The position numbers and the translations under genes were made by a program. Below the pieces are notes generated by a model. The model made no database searches, was not told the origin of the DNA, and worked only from the letters and a program-made list of their open reading frames with translations. A stretch of 64,000 nt of DNA from Squalus acanthias (Eukaryota), in contig CM059433.1 in NCBI GenBank assembly GCA_030390025.1, forward strand, positions 65,348,001 to 65,412,000. Direction: 5' to 3'. Shown in pieces: positions 12,501-25,504 of the stretch. Each line of letters opens with the position of its first letter. Within the stretch, counting starts at the first letter, position 1.

Positions 12501-14945
12501 CAGCTGTGGGCTGTGAAAATTCTACCCGACTTGATCCCCTTCCAACTTACAGGTCTCTAGTTGCTAATACACATTAAAAGCTGTTAGGAGTTTCCTCAAT
12601 TGCATCCAGTTCATTCAGAAGTTTTTTCTATGAGATTTAGACATTTAGATATCTTCGATCCGTGTAAATAATGGTCAGCTTCTCTTTAAAAAATTTTTGC
12701 AAGGGTCGTGTGGTATTGGTTATTTTATTAATTGTTGAAGAATGGACTGATTGCAAGTCAAAAATAAGAGATTTAAAAACTACTTGCAGTAAAAATAGAG
12801 AATCTTGAAAAAGCACAGGTCACTCAGCATCTGAAAGAGAATGATGGGTTAATGTTTTGGGTGACACCCTTCATCAAACCTGCCACTGATGAAGGGTGTC
12901 ACCCAAAACTTATTCTTCCATTTCTGCTGTAAATTTCCTCTCTCCATTTCAGATTGCTAGCATGTAGGGCATTCTCTTTACCTGAACCACTTGTAGTTTG
13001 CTTTACTTCTGCATTACCTCAGGTCATTTTAATCAGCAGTGTTAAAGCATCACAAATACATTACTCATGGAAGTAACTAATATTTAAAACATATGTAAAT
13101 ACTCTGCTTTGGATTCTGACTTGTAAACAGTGCAAGTGGTTTCCACAGATGGAGTATATTTAAATTCCAGCCATGCTTTAGTAAAATACAAATAAATCTG
13201 CATAACTCCAATGAGTGTTAAAAATCCTCCCATGTTGGTGTGTATTTAAGACAATAGCTATACATTGAAAATGGTCATATCCACAGTGAATGGTATGTAA
13301 ATAGATGAGGTTCAATTTTGGCTTTTAAAATTCCATTTACTTAAAGGATGTGTACATTTAAGCAGAATGGATTGCAAATATTTACATTAACTCAGTTAGT
13401 GAAAGCTACATTCATCTAGAAACTTAACATTGTAGAAATATTGGCCCAGAAATTGCAGTTGGTGGTGTAGCTATGGAGTACGCTGCGGGCCTACAAAAAG
13501 AATACGAACTTACCTGATGGGGGCCATCCTTCGCGAACTTGCCCTCTGATGCTGCGTACTCGAGGGCAGCATAATGGCCCACGGATCCAAGGGGCGCAGC
13601 CTGTGCGGAAGCGTATTTGGGCCTAGTGCTCCAATCAGTACACCAAAGGGGAAGTGTCTACCTCCAATGCTGGTAACTTTCTTTATATTGCACTTCACCC
13701 GATGTATTTTCAGAATAATTATAAGGCCGAGGAGAATAAATAGTTCCAAAATGACCCGCTCTCGTTCTCTTTCACACAGACCCACCTAAAATAAGTATTT
13801 GGGAATTAATTCTTAAATCTGACTTAGGAATTAGAGTTCTGATAAATTGTTGAAGCTCTGTGAAATTTCACATAAAATAACATGGACAGGTGACACAAAC
13901 ATAAATACAACAGAGCCCAAACAAAGATCTGAAAAATCTGTACATTAATCATTGGAGGTGTTTTGGACAGTTTTACAATTCATTCCAGAGCTAATAGAAT
14001 GAGTAACTGTCTCTATCTAATCCCCTTACACTGATGCAAACAGGCCCTGTGCCTATTTGCATCAACCATAAAATTCCTAGACGTAATTGCTGAGCAGCTG
14101 GTGGGCAATTAGCCTAACTCTGTGCCAGCAATTGGGATTTCCAAGGCGGTGCGGATCATCTGTCAAGGCGTACCTTGACAGATCGCAAGTTCGGGATTTA
14201 GCGCATGTGGAAATCCCAAACTTGCGGTCAACTTCAAAGGAGGTATGACGGCATACTCTGAGTATGCCATCATACCCTCTGCAAAATCTGCCCCAATAAA
14301 TTCTGCAGTAGTCAACAAGTTGACCCTTAAAAGTATAGTTTCATCAGTTAACTTGTAAGCATCTCGTAAGAAGAAAATTTCCTCCTGCTGACAAATTTGC
14401 CAAAAAAATAATGTAATTACCAAAGAGGAAATTCCCTAGGGAGTGAAATTCCTCAGTGCACAGTTTAGTTCTGTACATTAAGGGGTAATAATTGTGTGCA
14501 TTAGAACTAACAGACCATTCTCCATTTCTGCCTATGCTCGTAAAGTATATGACTAAGTCTATAACCAATCAAAAGTAACAAAGTACTAATGAGATATGAG
14601 TAAGCAGCAGAAAACGACACAATCAAAACCTTCCTTTTTTCACCAAACTAACTTACACAAACCAGAAGGTATCAGAAACCAATCAATTATTCAAATAATG
14701 TATTCATATTTTTAGCTGTCATCTACCTGTTAGTAATGCTATGAGATATCTACATATTTAAGGGATTTACAGTAGAATATTAAAAAATAAATTGCAAGTG
14801 GAATAACTTAATATAAATCACAATTAAGTGTGTGATTTGGCCTCTAAAACTAGGTGCTGCCATACTCAAGAACATTTATTATTACCATATTAAGCTCTAC
14901 TATAATTCAGATTCTCATGTCTTTATTTTCAGATTTCTATCCAGC

Positions 14946-15455
14946 ATGACGCCAACTCCCTTGATTTTCCTTGCGGCCTGTTTACTACTTGTCACTCGCA
15001 TCCCTCCTGCTGTGTGTCGTGCTGTAGATCTGAGTATCTTCGACAGACGGGGTTCCAATGTCAACACAGCCACTGATGAAGAAAATGATCAATCTCTTTT
15101 CTACATTCTGAGGGAAAAGTTACTTCAGTCTTTGGGACAAAATCCCAAGTACATGATGATTCACTCTCGGCTACCTCCAGAGCACCTTCAGAATGTGAAA
15201 GAGATCTTTGCTAAAGAAGCCAGTCATCTCCTGCGTGAACTTTCCTTAAATGCAGAAAACCTCATGTCCTCCCAAGAAGTTGACCAAGATATGGTAGCGG
15301 CTTTTGGAGAACGCTCAAAGAGACCCGCTGACCCACCCAATTCCTTGGATCTCACATTTCACATCTTGAGGGAAATGATCGAGATTGCCAAGAATGAGAA
15401 TCAATGGATGCAGGCAGACAACAATCGCAAAATTATGGACACAGTTGGCAAGTGA
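14946..15455 (+). CDS. uts1: Prepro-urotensin I (urocortin-1 ortholog, CRH family), 169 aa. Mature 41-mer PADPPNSLDLTFHILREMIEIAKNENQWMQADNNRKIMDTV-amide at 15324-15446
   Basis: Acceptor at 14932, ATG 13 nt into the exon. Hydrophobic signal peptide, KR cleavage site, CRH-family SLDLTFHxLR motif, C-terminal GK amidation signal. Closely resembles dogfish urotensin I as I recall it (PAETPNSLDLTFHLLREMIEIAKHEN...). Adjacent to trim54, as UCN is in tetrapods. The ORF track's upstream extension is intronic. Confidence 0.93.
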   Translation: MTPTPLIFLAACLLLVTRIPPAVCRAVDLSIFDRRGSNVNTATDEENDQSLFYILREKLLQSLGQNPKYMMIHSRLPPEHLQNVKEIFAKEASHLLRELSLNAENLMSSQEVDQDMVAAFGERSKRPADPPNSLDLTFHILREMIEIAKNENQWMQADNNRKIMDTVGK

Positions 15456-15628
15456 TATATGTATCTAGAATATAGCAGTATAATGAGCTCATTCTGTCAT
15501 CAAATTAGAGTTTAATCATTCAGAGATTCATCATGTGGATCCCCAAAGTCACTAAACAATGCACTAACCAAATCTGTCTTATAAAACTCGTGTAAAACTG
15601 AAAGAAATGTTCTATTCCAAAATTACCA

Positions 15629-15704
15629 AATAAATAGAATATTCATGAAATAAGTGTTCAGCATGAAATAAATGTTTTTTTTGTCATTTATATTTTGTAA
15701 TAAA
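15629..15704 (+). terminator. Cluster of polyadenylation signals for uts1
   Basis: AATAAA at 15629, 15667 and 15699, followed by T/GT-rich sequence. Confidence 0.65.
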
Positions 15705-16708
15705 AATTCTTTAAAAGCATTATTTTGACTCAACACTTTGTTCAGTCTGGAAAGGCTGTATATTGATGGAAAACAGACCAGGGTTGTTAGGCTGCATCTT
15801 TGGATTCTGTTAAAAGTCCATGTATAAATTAATGAATTGAAATGTAGATGTTATAATAGTTGAGTGATCAGAGTAGCTAACAGTTTAATTAATGCTTGAA
15901 TTTAGGATTGGGGCAGAATTGAGAGGAAACTGCAAATTAGAAATTGTCTTGAGGGTACGATAGTATTCTCTCAGAAGTTTAACCTTGAACATATCAGTAC
16001 TGGAAAATAGTTTTGTTCAACTAGTTTTGTGTTGAGTGAATTTGAAGAGATTAAATTGATATCATGTTGGGCCAAATTGCCTTTTCCTAAAATTTCCTCT
16101 AGTCCTAACATGGATACTATTGAAGATGCTTTGCTTCTACAGAGAAGAATTCTTTAATTAAATATTGTTCATCTTCATCAGATAAAGAGGGTATAATGTG
16201 TTTTTTTAGATACGAACATGATATATTTTGAAACAATTCATTGGCACTGTCTTCATACTAAATGATATAATACTGTAAACTGTGTTACAAGGGAATTCTG
16301 GCAGAAACTCTAACCCAAAGGACAAAAGAGTTAGGAATCATTTAGGAACATAGGGAGAGAAGCAGGCCATTCGACCCAACGGGCCTGCTGTGGAGTTAGC
16401 AGGAACAGGTAACCCAGACCATCAAGTCTAGATTGTTTTTCTCCATATGCCACCTAATCTAATTCCACTCACTCTGTTCCCTGCCCATATGCTCTAAGAT
16501 TCTGCTTTTTTAAGCAACTACCTAATTGCCTTTTAAGAGTATGTATGGACTCTGCATCAACCACAGTTCGTGGCAGAGAAATCCACATTCTAATCACCCT
16601 CTGTGCAAAGACATTTATTCTAACCTCTTGTGACCATCTGGCTGACAGGTTATTATACTTCTCTTATAATAACGCTCCATAATCTTGAAGACCTCTTACA
16701 GGTTACTC

Positions 16709-17703
16709 AACAACAACTTGCATTTATATAGCAACTTTAACATACTAAAACATCCCAAGGCGCTTCACAGGAGTGTTATCAAACAAAATTTGACACCGAG
16801 CCACGGAAGGTGATATTAGGGTAGATGTCCAAATGCGTGGCCAAAGAGGTAGTTTTTAAGGAGCGTCTTAAAGGAGGAAAGAGAGGCGGAGAGGTTTTGC
16901 AAAGGGAATTAGGGCCTATGCAGCTGAAGGCATAGCCACCAATGGTGGAGAAATTAAAATCGGGGATGAGCAAGAGGTCAGAATTGGAGGAGTGCAGATA
17001 TCTTGGAGGAGTGCAGATATCTGAGGATTGTAGGGCTGAATAAGGTTAGAGATAGGGAGGGGCGAGACCATGGAGGAATTTGAAAACAAGGATGAAAATT
17101 AAAAATCGAGGCATTGCCCAAGCGGGAGCCAATGTAGGTCGCGAGCACAGGGGTGATTTGGTGAACCGGACTTGGTGAGAGTTAGGATACGGGCAGCAGA
17201 GTTTTGGATGAGCTCAAGTTTATGGAGGGTAGAAGATGGGAGGCTGGCCAAGAATGAGTTGGAATAGTCAAGCCTAGAGGTAACAAAGACATGGATGAGG
17301 GTTTCAACAGCAGATGAGCTGAGGTTGTGGCAGAGTCAGGTGATGTTACAGAGGTGGAGATAGGTGGTCTCAGTGATGGCGCAGATATGTGGTTGAACGC
17401 TCATCTCGGGGTCAAATACGACACCAAGGTTCCAAACATTCTGGTTCAGCCTCAGACAGTTGCCAGGGAGAGGGATGGAGTCAGTGGCTAGGGAACAGAG
17501 TCTGTGGCGGGGACCGAAAACAATGGCGTCGGTCTTCCCACTATTTAGTTGGAGGAAATTTCTGCTCATTCAGTACTGGATGTCGGACAAGTAGAGACAA
17601 TGGAGGGGGTCGAGAGAGGTGGTGGTGAGGTAGAGCTGGGTGTCGTCAGCGTACATGTGGAACCTGATGTGTTTTCCGATGATGTCGCCGAGGGGCAGCA
17701 TGT
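16709..17703 (-). mobile_element. L2-clade LINE 3' fragment
   Basis: [11 protein letters not shown]...MSRNFLQLN; L2 tail TATATAAATGCAAGTTGTTG. Confidence 0.85.
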
Positions 17704-19199
17704 AGTTCTAGTGGAAAAAAGCCCTAACATCTCAACTATCTCTTCATATCTCCTAATCCTCAATACCTTTCTCTGATGAGTATTTTAATATCTGCTGCTT
17801 TTTATAGACCAAAAACTCAATTCCTCCAAGGTCACTTATTATGACAAAGAGAAAATATATGGATGAAACAACTTTGGTGATAGAGTGAACAGCAATAAAT
17901 TAGGATGCAAAGATTTTATTGCCAACTTGCATCTTTTAACGCTGTGGATATGATTTGTGACTTTAAGTGTAAATGTTACAAATTATACAATATTAGAACA
18001 GCATTGAATTTAAGCTACAGCTGCCCCTGATGAAGTGTTTCATCCAAAACTTAACTTATCTTTCGTACTGTTACTGATTGATGTGTTGTTTACTTCCAGC
18101 ACTTTGCTTTTATTTTCCACTTCAGAATTATGTATGAGGTTGTTAACTGATTATATAAAATCTGTGGAAAATGGTTAAAGAAAATAGGTTACTTAGAACT
18201 CCCTATAAACTGATGAGGTATTCTGTTCATATAGAAAGTATCTGTTAAAGAGCTGCAGAATATGTTGGACAGTACCATGTGCATCATACATAAAGCAGGC
18301 TTTAGAATGTCAACATATAGTATTGAAAATAAATTTAGATGTATTTTAGTATACAAATTGCATTTAATGCAAATCATGAATTGGAGTCAAATTATTTCAA
18401 AACTGCATTTAATAATTGATTAATAATAACGTGAATAAAACTACATCTATTTATAGTATAGGATTCCAGATTTTTTATCACCAGACTATCATTGACATCT
18501 TTTTTTCCCCTCTTGCTTCTGTGGATTTAATTCCAAGATCAATTCACTAAAACTTGTATAAAATTTAAAAATGGAATATCATATGATTCAAATATTTTTT
18601 GGTAATACAACAAACATTTGCAGAAATCAACAATGTTTAATTATGAGAATAGATTCATTTTAACATTTATGCAGCAAACAGTAAAATCAAAACTGACTTA
18701 ATTTGCAAGTTGATGATGAATTAAAGTGACAAACACTCAACTACATGGTGTGCACTTACCTAAACAGCTTTAATCAGTGATCCAGACTGTGTTGAAGCTG
18801 CTGTTTACTCTAGGTGCAGATTAGAATGCAAGATTTCAATTATTGCTTTGCCAGTGGTTAGGGGTTTGCTTACAGATGGCTCCTTAATTCAAAATCATTT
18901 CATTGCAGAACCAACTTAATGACATCAACGAGAAATCTAGCTTTCACTGTAGTCCGTCCTCATTCCAGAAACATTCATTGAATAGCATAAAGGCAACACC
19001 AGAGCAGCAATAATGCATCTTTTTTCTTTCTTTTATCTGACTCAAAAAATCCATCTATCAGCTGAACCGTTCTCTCTTTCTTTCTCTCTAGTAAACTTTA
19101 TCTCTCTATCTCCATCCTTCTATCATGCTACATAGAACTATAGGCAATGCTCTATCAATGGAACATTTTTGACTCGACAAAAATGGGATAGAACTCAAT

Positions 19200-19729
19200 T
19201 AACTGACTGTACACTTCGTACTTTATTTTACGTATGTCAAATCAAATAAAATTATAATAAACTAATTAAACCAATTATAATAATGGGGACATAACAGCAC
19301 TCCGCGATTAATACAACTGTCTGAAAATTCTAAACTATGCAAAAGTATTACAATAATCACGGAAGGGGTCTTCCAAACAATGTATCAGTACAGGATCTTA
19401 TTTTTTGGTTCAAAGGACCCAATATTGCAATAGTGTTAAGTCAACATTATCTAGTGCTTACAGCAGTGTTTAAACTAACATTTAATTACACCACTGAAAA
19501 CGTATAAAATATTTGGTCAAATTGAGAAACTACAATACTGTTAATTTCTTCACACAGCTATGATCAAACAAACAAAAAAGTGAAGTGACCATACTGCAAG
19601 CTTGTATAAAAGTCAATCTTCATTCAGTACCTAAGCAATAAATCATTTGTGAACCTTATTCCCAACACAAATCAGTAGACTGCTTCATGAATTCTGTTCT
19701 CTTTTTCTTCATGTGACTTCAGTATTGAC
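19200..19729 (-). other. Candidate 3'UTR terminal exon of trim54 (B)
   Basis: Acceptor ttctattctttcccacAG at 19731-19730, minus-strand AATAAA near 19222-19227, repeat-free AT-rich UTR-like sequence. Confidence 0.3.
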
Positions 19730-21144
19730 CTGTGGGAAAGAATAGAATATTACATATCTATCATCTGTACTTGTGGCTACAAGCTCAGTGGCATACTGGA
19801 ACCTTTTCCTTGATAAAAAATAATTTAAGGAGACATTTTGATAGATCATAGCTAGGGGGCATGCTATAACTTTATCAGATAATAAAACAATAAATCTGTG
19901 CATTAAGATCCTTATGAAAAAGCTCACTGTAATGTAATTAGAGGTTTTTCACAAATGTCCCATTGCAAAATAAAGAGAGAACATAAAACTATAGGTAATT
20001 AAACACGGTTGAAATAATTGGCCCGGATTGAGAATTATAAAATGGGAAATAAAGCACCTGAAAAGCTAGTTACTTATTGAATGACTAGAGAAAGATGTTA
20101 TTTGAATCTTAACTAATGAAATATATTTTCCTACTTTACTGTTTGCATGAAACAGCTACATTACTATTTTAAAATAGGCCTGTAATATAGATTAGGATCA
20201 GATAATGTGTTCGGTTTGTGGCCAAGATGCTACTGATTCAAACTGACTTGCTAAGAGGGTCTGTGGCTTTTGAACATAACACAGAATCAGTACGATATAA
20301 GCAGAAGGCCAATCATAGCTGTTGGACTCAGACTTTGCAACTTTACATGACATAATAAACACCTTGTCCAGGTACAAGGTATATATCCAAAAGTTTCAAC
20401 CAACTGTCCAAAATGAAGATGCAGTGTGTGTGAGCAGCAACATTCCTCTTCTGCACAATTCATTAAAATACAAAGCCTCTAAAAGTGTATGTGTGTCTGA
20501 CTAGCTAATGGGTAGACAGTTAACTGATGACCATCAAAAAGGATAGACCATGAATGAGGAATGAAGAATGAAAGAGCAGATAGCTAAAAGACTGGACTGC
20601 CAAAATGGAGATCCATGTTTAACTTTCAAACTTCAGTTTTGGAAGGAAAGGAGAGGGAGTGAGGGAGGAATGAAGACCTGCATTTATCAGATTCTCTAAA
20701 CATCAAAAGCACTTCATGGGCAATAAATTACGTTGAAGTGCGGATACAGTTATGTAGCCATTTTGTGAACAGCAAGATCCATAAACAGCAATGAGATGAA
20801 TTGAGAATTATGGTCTATTAATGGCTACGTTTGGTCAGTTTCTCAGACATGCCAATGGATGTGGAATTAATCTCACAGTAGCAGGACATTTCCTCTCAAG
20901 GGGTGGGGATAGGGACTGAGTCCACCTGGCAGAAGTGTGCCTCTTGTCAGCATTTCACTCATGGTGACCAAGGAGAAGTGCAGTGGCTGGATAACCCTGA
21001 ACTTCATGCCAAAGAACAATTAAGAGAAATTAGCGTTGGCAGAAAAGAGGTCAAAATGATTAACAAAAATATGATGTCACTTTTATATCATAGGTAGTAT
21101 ATGGTTCTGCTACAGGAGAAGGGAGCCAGATTTAATAGTTAAGT

Positions 21145-21324
21145 AATAAAAACAGAAAATGCTGGAAATACTCAGCAGGTCAGGCAGCATCTGTGGAGAG
21201 AGAAGGGTCATTGACCTGAAACATTAACTCTGGTTCTCTCTCCACAGATGCTGCCTGATCTGCTGAGTATTTCCAGCATTTTCTGTTTTTATTTCAGATT
21301 TGCAGCAACCGCAGTATTTTGCTT
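21145..21324. mobile_element. Palindromic Penelope-like 3'-end insertion (second family) with 14-bp TSD
   Basis: ~60-bp inverted arms AATAAAAACAGAAAATGCTGG...GAGAGAGAA. TSD TTTAATAGTTAAGT at 21131-21144 and 21325-21338. Decayed relatives at ~12790-12960, ~18025-18125 and ~445-475. Confidence 0.75.
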
Positions 21325-22634
21325 TTTAATAGTTAAGTGTTGGATGCCAGCTCATAAATGCTGGTCTAGTATAAAAGTGTCGATAAAGGAATTAATGCTA
21401 CTTCCAGAGTCTCATTCAAGGGAGTGTGGGAAATGGAAATGCCAGTCTGGCCCACTTCAGGGTAGAATTAATGGCAATGTAAAGTGATACTGTGCCACAA
21501 ATGGCCCATGTAATGGTTGATCTGATATTGTTTGATGTTTAATCCCATTGCAAGCATGGGTGATCCCTCAATTTAGGCAGACATACACAATTACAAAAAT
21601 GTAAATGTTGAAAAATAGAAAGAAAATGTTTTCTTTTTATTGCCATTGGATAACACCTATTTTCAGTTGCAATTAAGGATTTATCACTAGTTCTCAGCTC
21701 GAAAATTGGGTTCTCATAACACAGAACTTATTAGAATCAAGTAAAATGCCATAAATTGTTGTGGCAATATTACTCTGGCTGAAACCAGTTACATAAGCTG
21801 TGACAATTGAGGTGACAGCACACCTGACAGTGCTGTAAATTTTGTCTCAGTGGTTGGCTGATTATAGTTAACACAATTAACTAACGTATTTTTACAATAA
21901 ATCACCAACCATGACTCATCAGGTAGGCTGCGGATTATACGACACCTAAGAACTAAAGAACAAAAACAGAAAAGCATGAGATTTTCCAAGTATGACAATC
22001 CACATGGTGCTTTCTCTGGGACTAACACAACAAACTGTATGTTAAAGTTACCAACTTCTTTATCTCAGTCCACTTTCGACTGAACCTCATCACTACATCC
22101 TTAAGACCAGCAAAAGCAGAACTGGTCTCAATCATCATCCCTCACTGGTACCAGTAACTAAAATGTAAACATATTAAAGCAAATTCAGCTTGCAAGCTAT
22201 TTAGTATCTAAATGCTTGAACCAAACATTGGCCTTTCCAACATCAAGAATCAGTTCATACTTAACACACAGGCTAATTTCCAACATACTTGGGCTCTGTC
22301 TGTTTCTCTCACACACTAATTCTATCTTAAACATCCCATTGTATATCCACAGCCTGCTTTGGATAACAATGATGAGGTTACTGATTGGTTAGTATAAAAA
22401 GGTACAAGATTAAATGTTTTACATAAAACTTGCCATGATAGATTTAATACCAGGATGTTGTACCACTAGGTATATGCTTTTGTTCATACAGGAAATAAAG
22501 AGAATCTACACATAAATGGGTAGTGCTAGTAGTCTATGAAAACCTAAATCAAGAGTGGAAAATATGTATCCATATAGCTAAGATATCATACCAAAGTACG
22601 TTTTTATAAGCTGCTTTTACAAATGTAACATATT

Positions 22635-23361
22635 GGGCTGGAATTTGCTGAAAAAATAATGGCATGAATGACGCACACCGTTATTAATGTCCAAATCATC
22701 CAGAAACTTGTGGCGAGGAAGAGATACCCTGTGAATTATGAATCGCCACAAGTTGCTGGATGATTTACGCCGCTCCACCCTTAGCTTTGCAAAAACGGCA
22801 CAACAACCTTAACCTCTCCGTGAGTTTATGAAGTTGTTGCATTTGCACATTAATTGCCCATTAAACTCACCATGGAAAGTTAAGTCTAGTAATTAATAGC
22901 GAAAGTGCTCTTTTAACAATGTGATAATTGTTAATGACTGCTAATCAACCTCTCTTGCCCAGAAAGTGAACAATTAAAAGAGTGGAGTCTCATTCTTTCA
23001 GGTAGTGAATTTTTGTTGGAGATTTTAAAAATGTCAAATTTTAAAAAAAACTTACTTTTCCTTTGTCTCTTTTTTCTGTCCCTCTCTTAATCCAATCATT
23101 ATTAACTTTTCTTACTGTACCTGATTTAATTCTAATTCACCCTTCTTCTCAGTCCTTCCTCTGTTTATTTCTCAATTCTTACATCTCATTGGTTAAGGAG
23201 ATGCACTGTTGATCCAATCATTCACCATGGTCCCAGATGCCCTTTTATCAGCTTGCACTTCAAGCAACTTACAGGGCAAAAGTTTTTTGAGCTGACTGGT
23301 GCAGGAAAAAGTCTAACTAACTGGGCACACCATGATACCCTGCTCCAGCAAATTCTGGTCC
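22635..23361. mobile_element. PIF/Harbinger-like MITE
   Basis: Imperfect TIRs GGGCTGGAATTTGCTG / CAGCAAATTCTGGTCC and a 3-bp TSD ATT. A related copy lies in the opposite orientation at ~10430-11040. Confidence 0.7.
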
Positions 23362-24164
23362 ATTATTTTTCTTGAATAGTTAGTAACAAATTGAAGAGTA
23401 TAAAACAGGAAAATTATGACTCATATTAGTGACCAGAGACAAATATACCCGAGTTATTTTCTTGCCCTATTGATGTGTATGTGCCCTATTCCCTGTTTTA
23501 TTTCTTACTGTCTTAATAAAAAGCATTATTTTTGTTCCTTTAAATTATAGATTTACCCCACTCTATCACCCACTAGGGATAAATGGTGAACTGAAGCCTG
23601 AATTGGAAGTGGTAAAACAACTATGGCTTCATTCGCAATGAACAAATCTTCCCCAATTTGAGTCTCTAAGCATTGTTGTGCTATTCCTTTAAAAACAGAG
23701 TGACAACATCCAGCCACAGTCACTAGTTTTGCACTGTCACTGTGACCAAAACTCTACTGTCAATTTCTGGAACCAAGGTAACAATGCTTTTTTAAATTAA
23801 CAAGAATCACAATTCCTGGTGGTCTAATCGGAACAGTTTGTCTTGCTCTTATTTGCAGGTAGACTGAATGAAAACAGATAGCGGTTATCTGTGTCTGATC
23901 CTGGATGTAGAGTGGATTGTGCATTCTATTGCTGACAGCATCCAGAAAAGGAGGCAATCATATCCCCAGAGGTGGAGGAAGGGATCAATTTTCAAATTCA
24001 ACTTCAGAAATAATCAAATTTTACAGGATATGAAGCCAAACAAATGGGCTTTTGCCCTCCTGCTCTACATATCACTGGTAGGATAGCATGGACTATGGAT
24101 AGCTTTATTGCTGTTGTTAGTGACACCCCATGATTTGTTAATAAAGGTAGAGACATCACCCAGT

Positions 24165-24500
24165 TTAGTTCGAAGCCATAAAGATTGGAGGTTTCCAGGT
24201 TCAATTCCCAGTTTGTGCTAAACTAGTTAGTCTCCAATTCTGGTGCCGCAGTTGGCCTGAACACCACTGATGTAAGGGTAGAAAAAAAAATCAGCCAGGG
24301 TTCTCACTCCTGATCACTAGCTGGGGGCCCCTATTCAAAGTGTGCATCAGGCGAAGGTACATTCAGGCTCAGCTGCAATTCCCTCCATAATCGAGTAACT
24401 GTCTGCTCTCTCAGTCCAGGTTCATACACAAATGGCCACCTGGGCAAAAGGGCAATCTGTGGGAACTGTATCCCAGCATCAGTCAGTGTCTTCAAGAGTG
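24165..24500 (+). mobile_element. tRNA-headed SINE, old family
   Basis: B-box-like GGTTCAATTCC and a shared body (...AAAATCAGCCAGGGTTC.C.CTCCTGATC). Related copies at ~9360-9480(+), ~48290-48530(+), ~51000-51220(-) and ~2630-3325(-, interrupted). Confidence 0.6.
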
Positions 24501-25504
24501 GAGAAAACAAAATAAGCATAAGATAAAGATCCGAATCTGTGGAATTAATGGCAAATTAACTAGCTGGATTTGCAATTGGCTTGACAATAGGAAGCAGAAG
24601 ACTATGATAAATGAATAAGCTCTGGAGCAGTGGCTAGCAGAGGTCTGTTTGGGTTCTGTTCCAAGTCTCCTGTTATCTACACTATTCATAAACAATAGAC
24701 TAGGACACCTGTAGTAATATTAAAATATTAGCTAAAATCACCAATGCAGTCACATGACTGGTGTAAGGGAGATTGCTAGCAAAGGACTAAGTAAGTTGAT
24801 GGGCTGATGAATAGTGAATGAATTTCAGTGGTTGCTAAGGATTTGATTTTCTTTTAAATGCTGCTCCAGAGACCCAAGATTTACATTTGTGAAGCTGAAA
24901 TCAAAACTAAACCAGTCATTCAATTCTAATCACACTGGATGACATGCAAGTCTTGGTACACAGCAAGGGAATGTGGATAGATTCTTCCCTCTATATCACG
25001 AGGAACAGAGACACACACTTATCTCCACAGCAACAGAGATTAGAAAAAGAAACTCCTCCAGATCAACCAGTTCACCAACATTATCAGGGAAAACACACAC
25101 ACATCACAGCTGAGCCACCAGGAATCCAGCATCCCACTTCAACTAGACCACTGAAGAAATGGATGCATATTTCAAATAGTCATTTAATTTCAAAGCAACT
25201 GTTCGCAAAGCATGTCGAGATGCTTCTGAGACCGGCTGAGAATGCGACATAGATATGAGTCTTTCCTTACATACTATTGAAAAGATGTACGTGTGACATT
25301 TACTTGGAGGCAAGAAGTGCAATTTCACAACTGGTAGCCATTACGTGAACATTGTATTATCATCTGAGTCACTAGAAGAAAACAACACTGAATTGGACTG
25401 AACACTTTAGAAGCAGTTTTATTCCAGGAGGAGCAGCCATGTTGAAGGGTCCAACCTAGTTTCAAAGATTGGTTTGAAGGATGAAAAGAGCACACTGGAA
25501 ATAT

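Noticed and set aside
14832-14945. N-terminal extension of the 207-aa ORF
   Set aside because: Starts at GTG inside the intron. The acceptor at 14932 and the signal peptide support ATG 14946.
14946-15455. Calling the peptide CRH
   Set aside because: It lacks the SEEPPISLDLTFHLLREVLEMA signature. Sequence and TRIM54 synteny fit urotensin I/UCN1.
24165-24215. tRNA gene-like boxes (also ~9360, ~48300, ~51140)
   Set aside because: No cloverleaf; they continue into shared SINE bodies.
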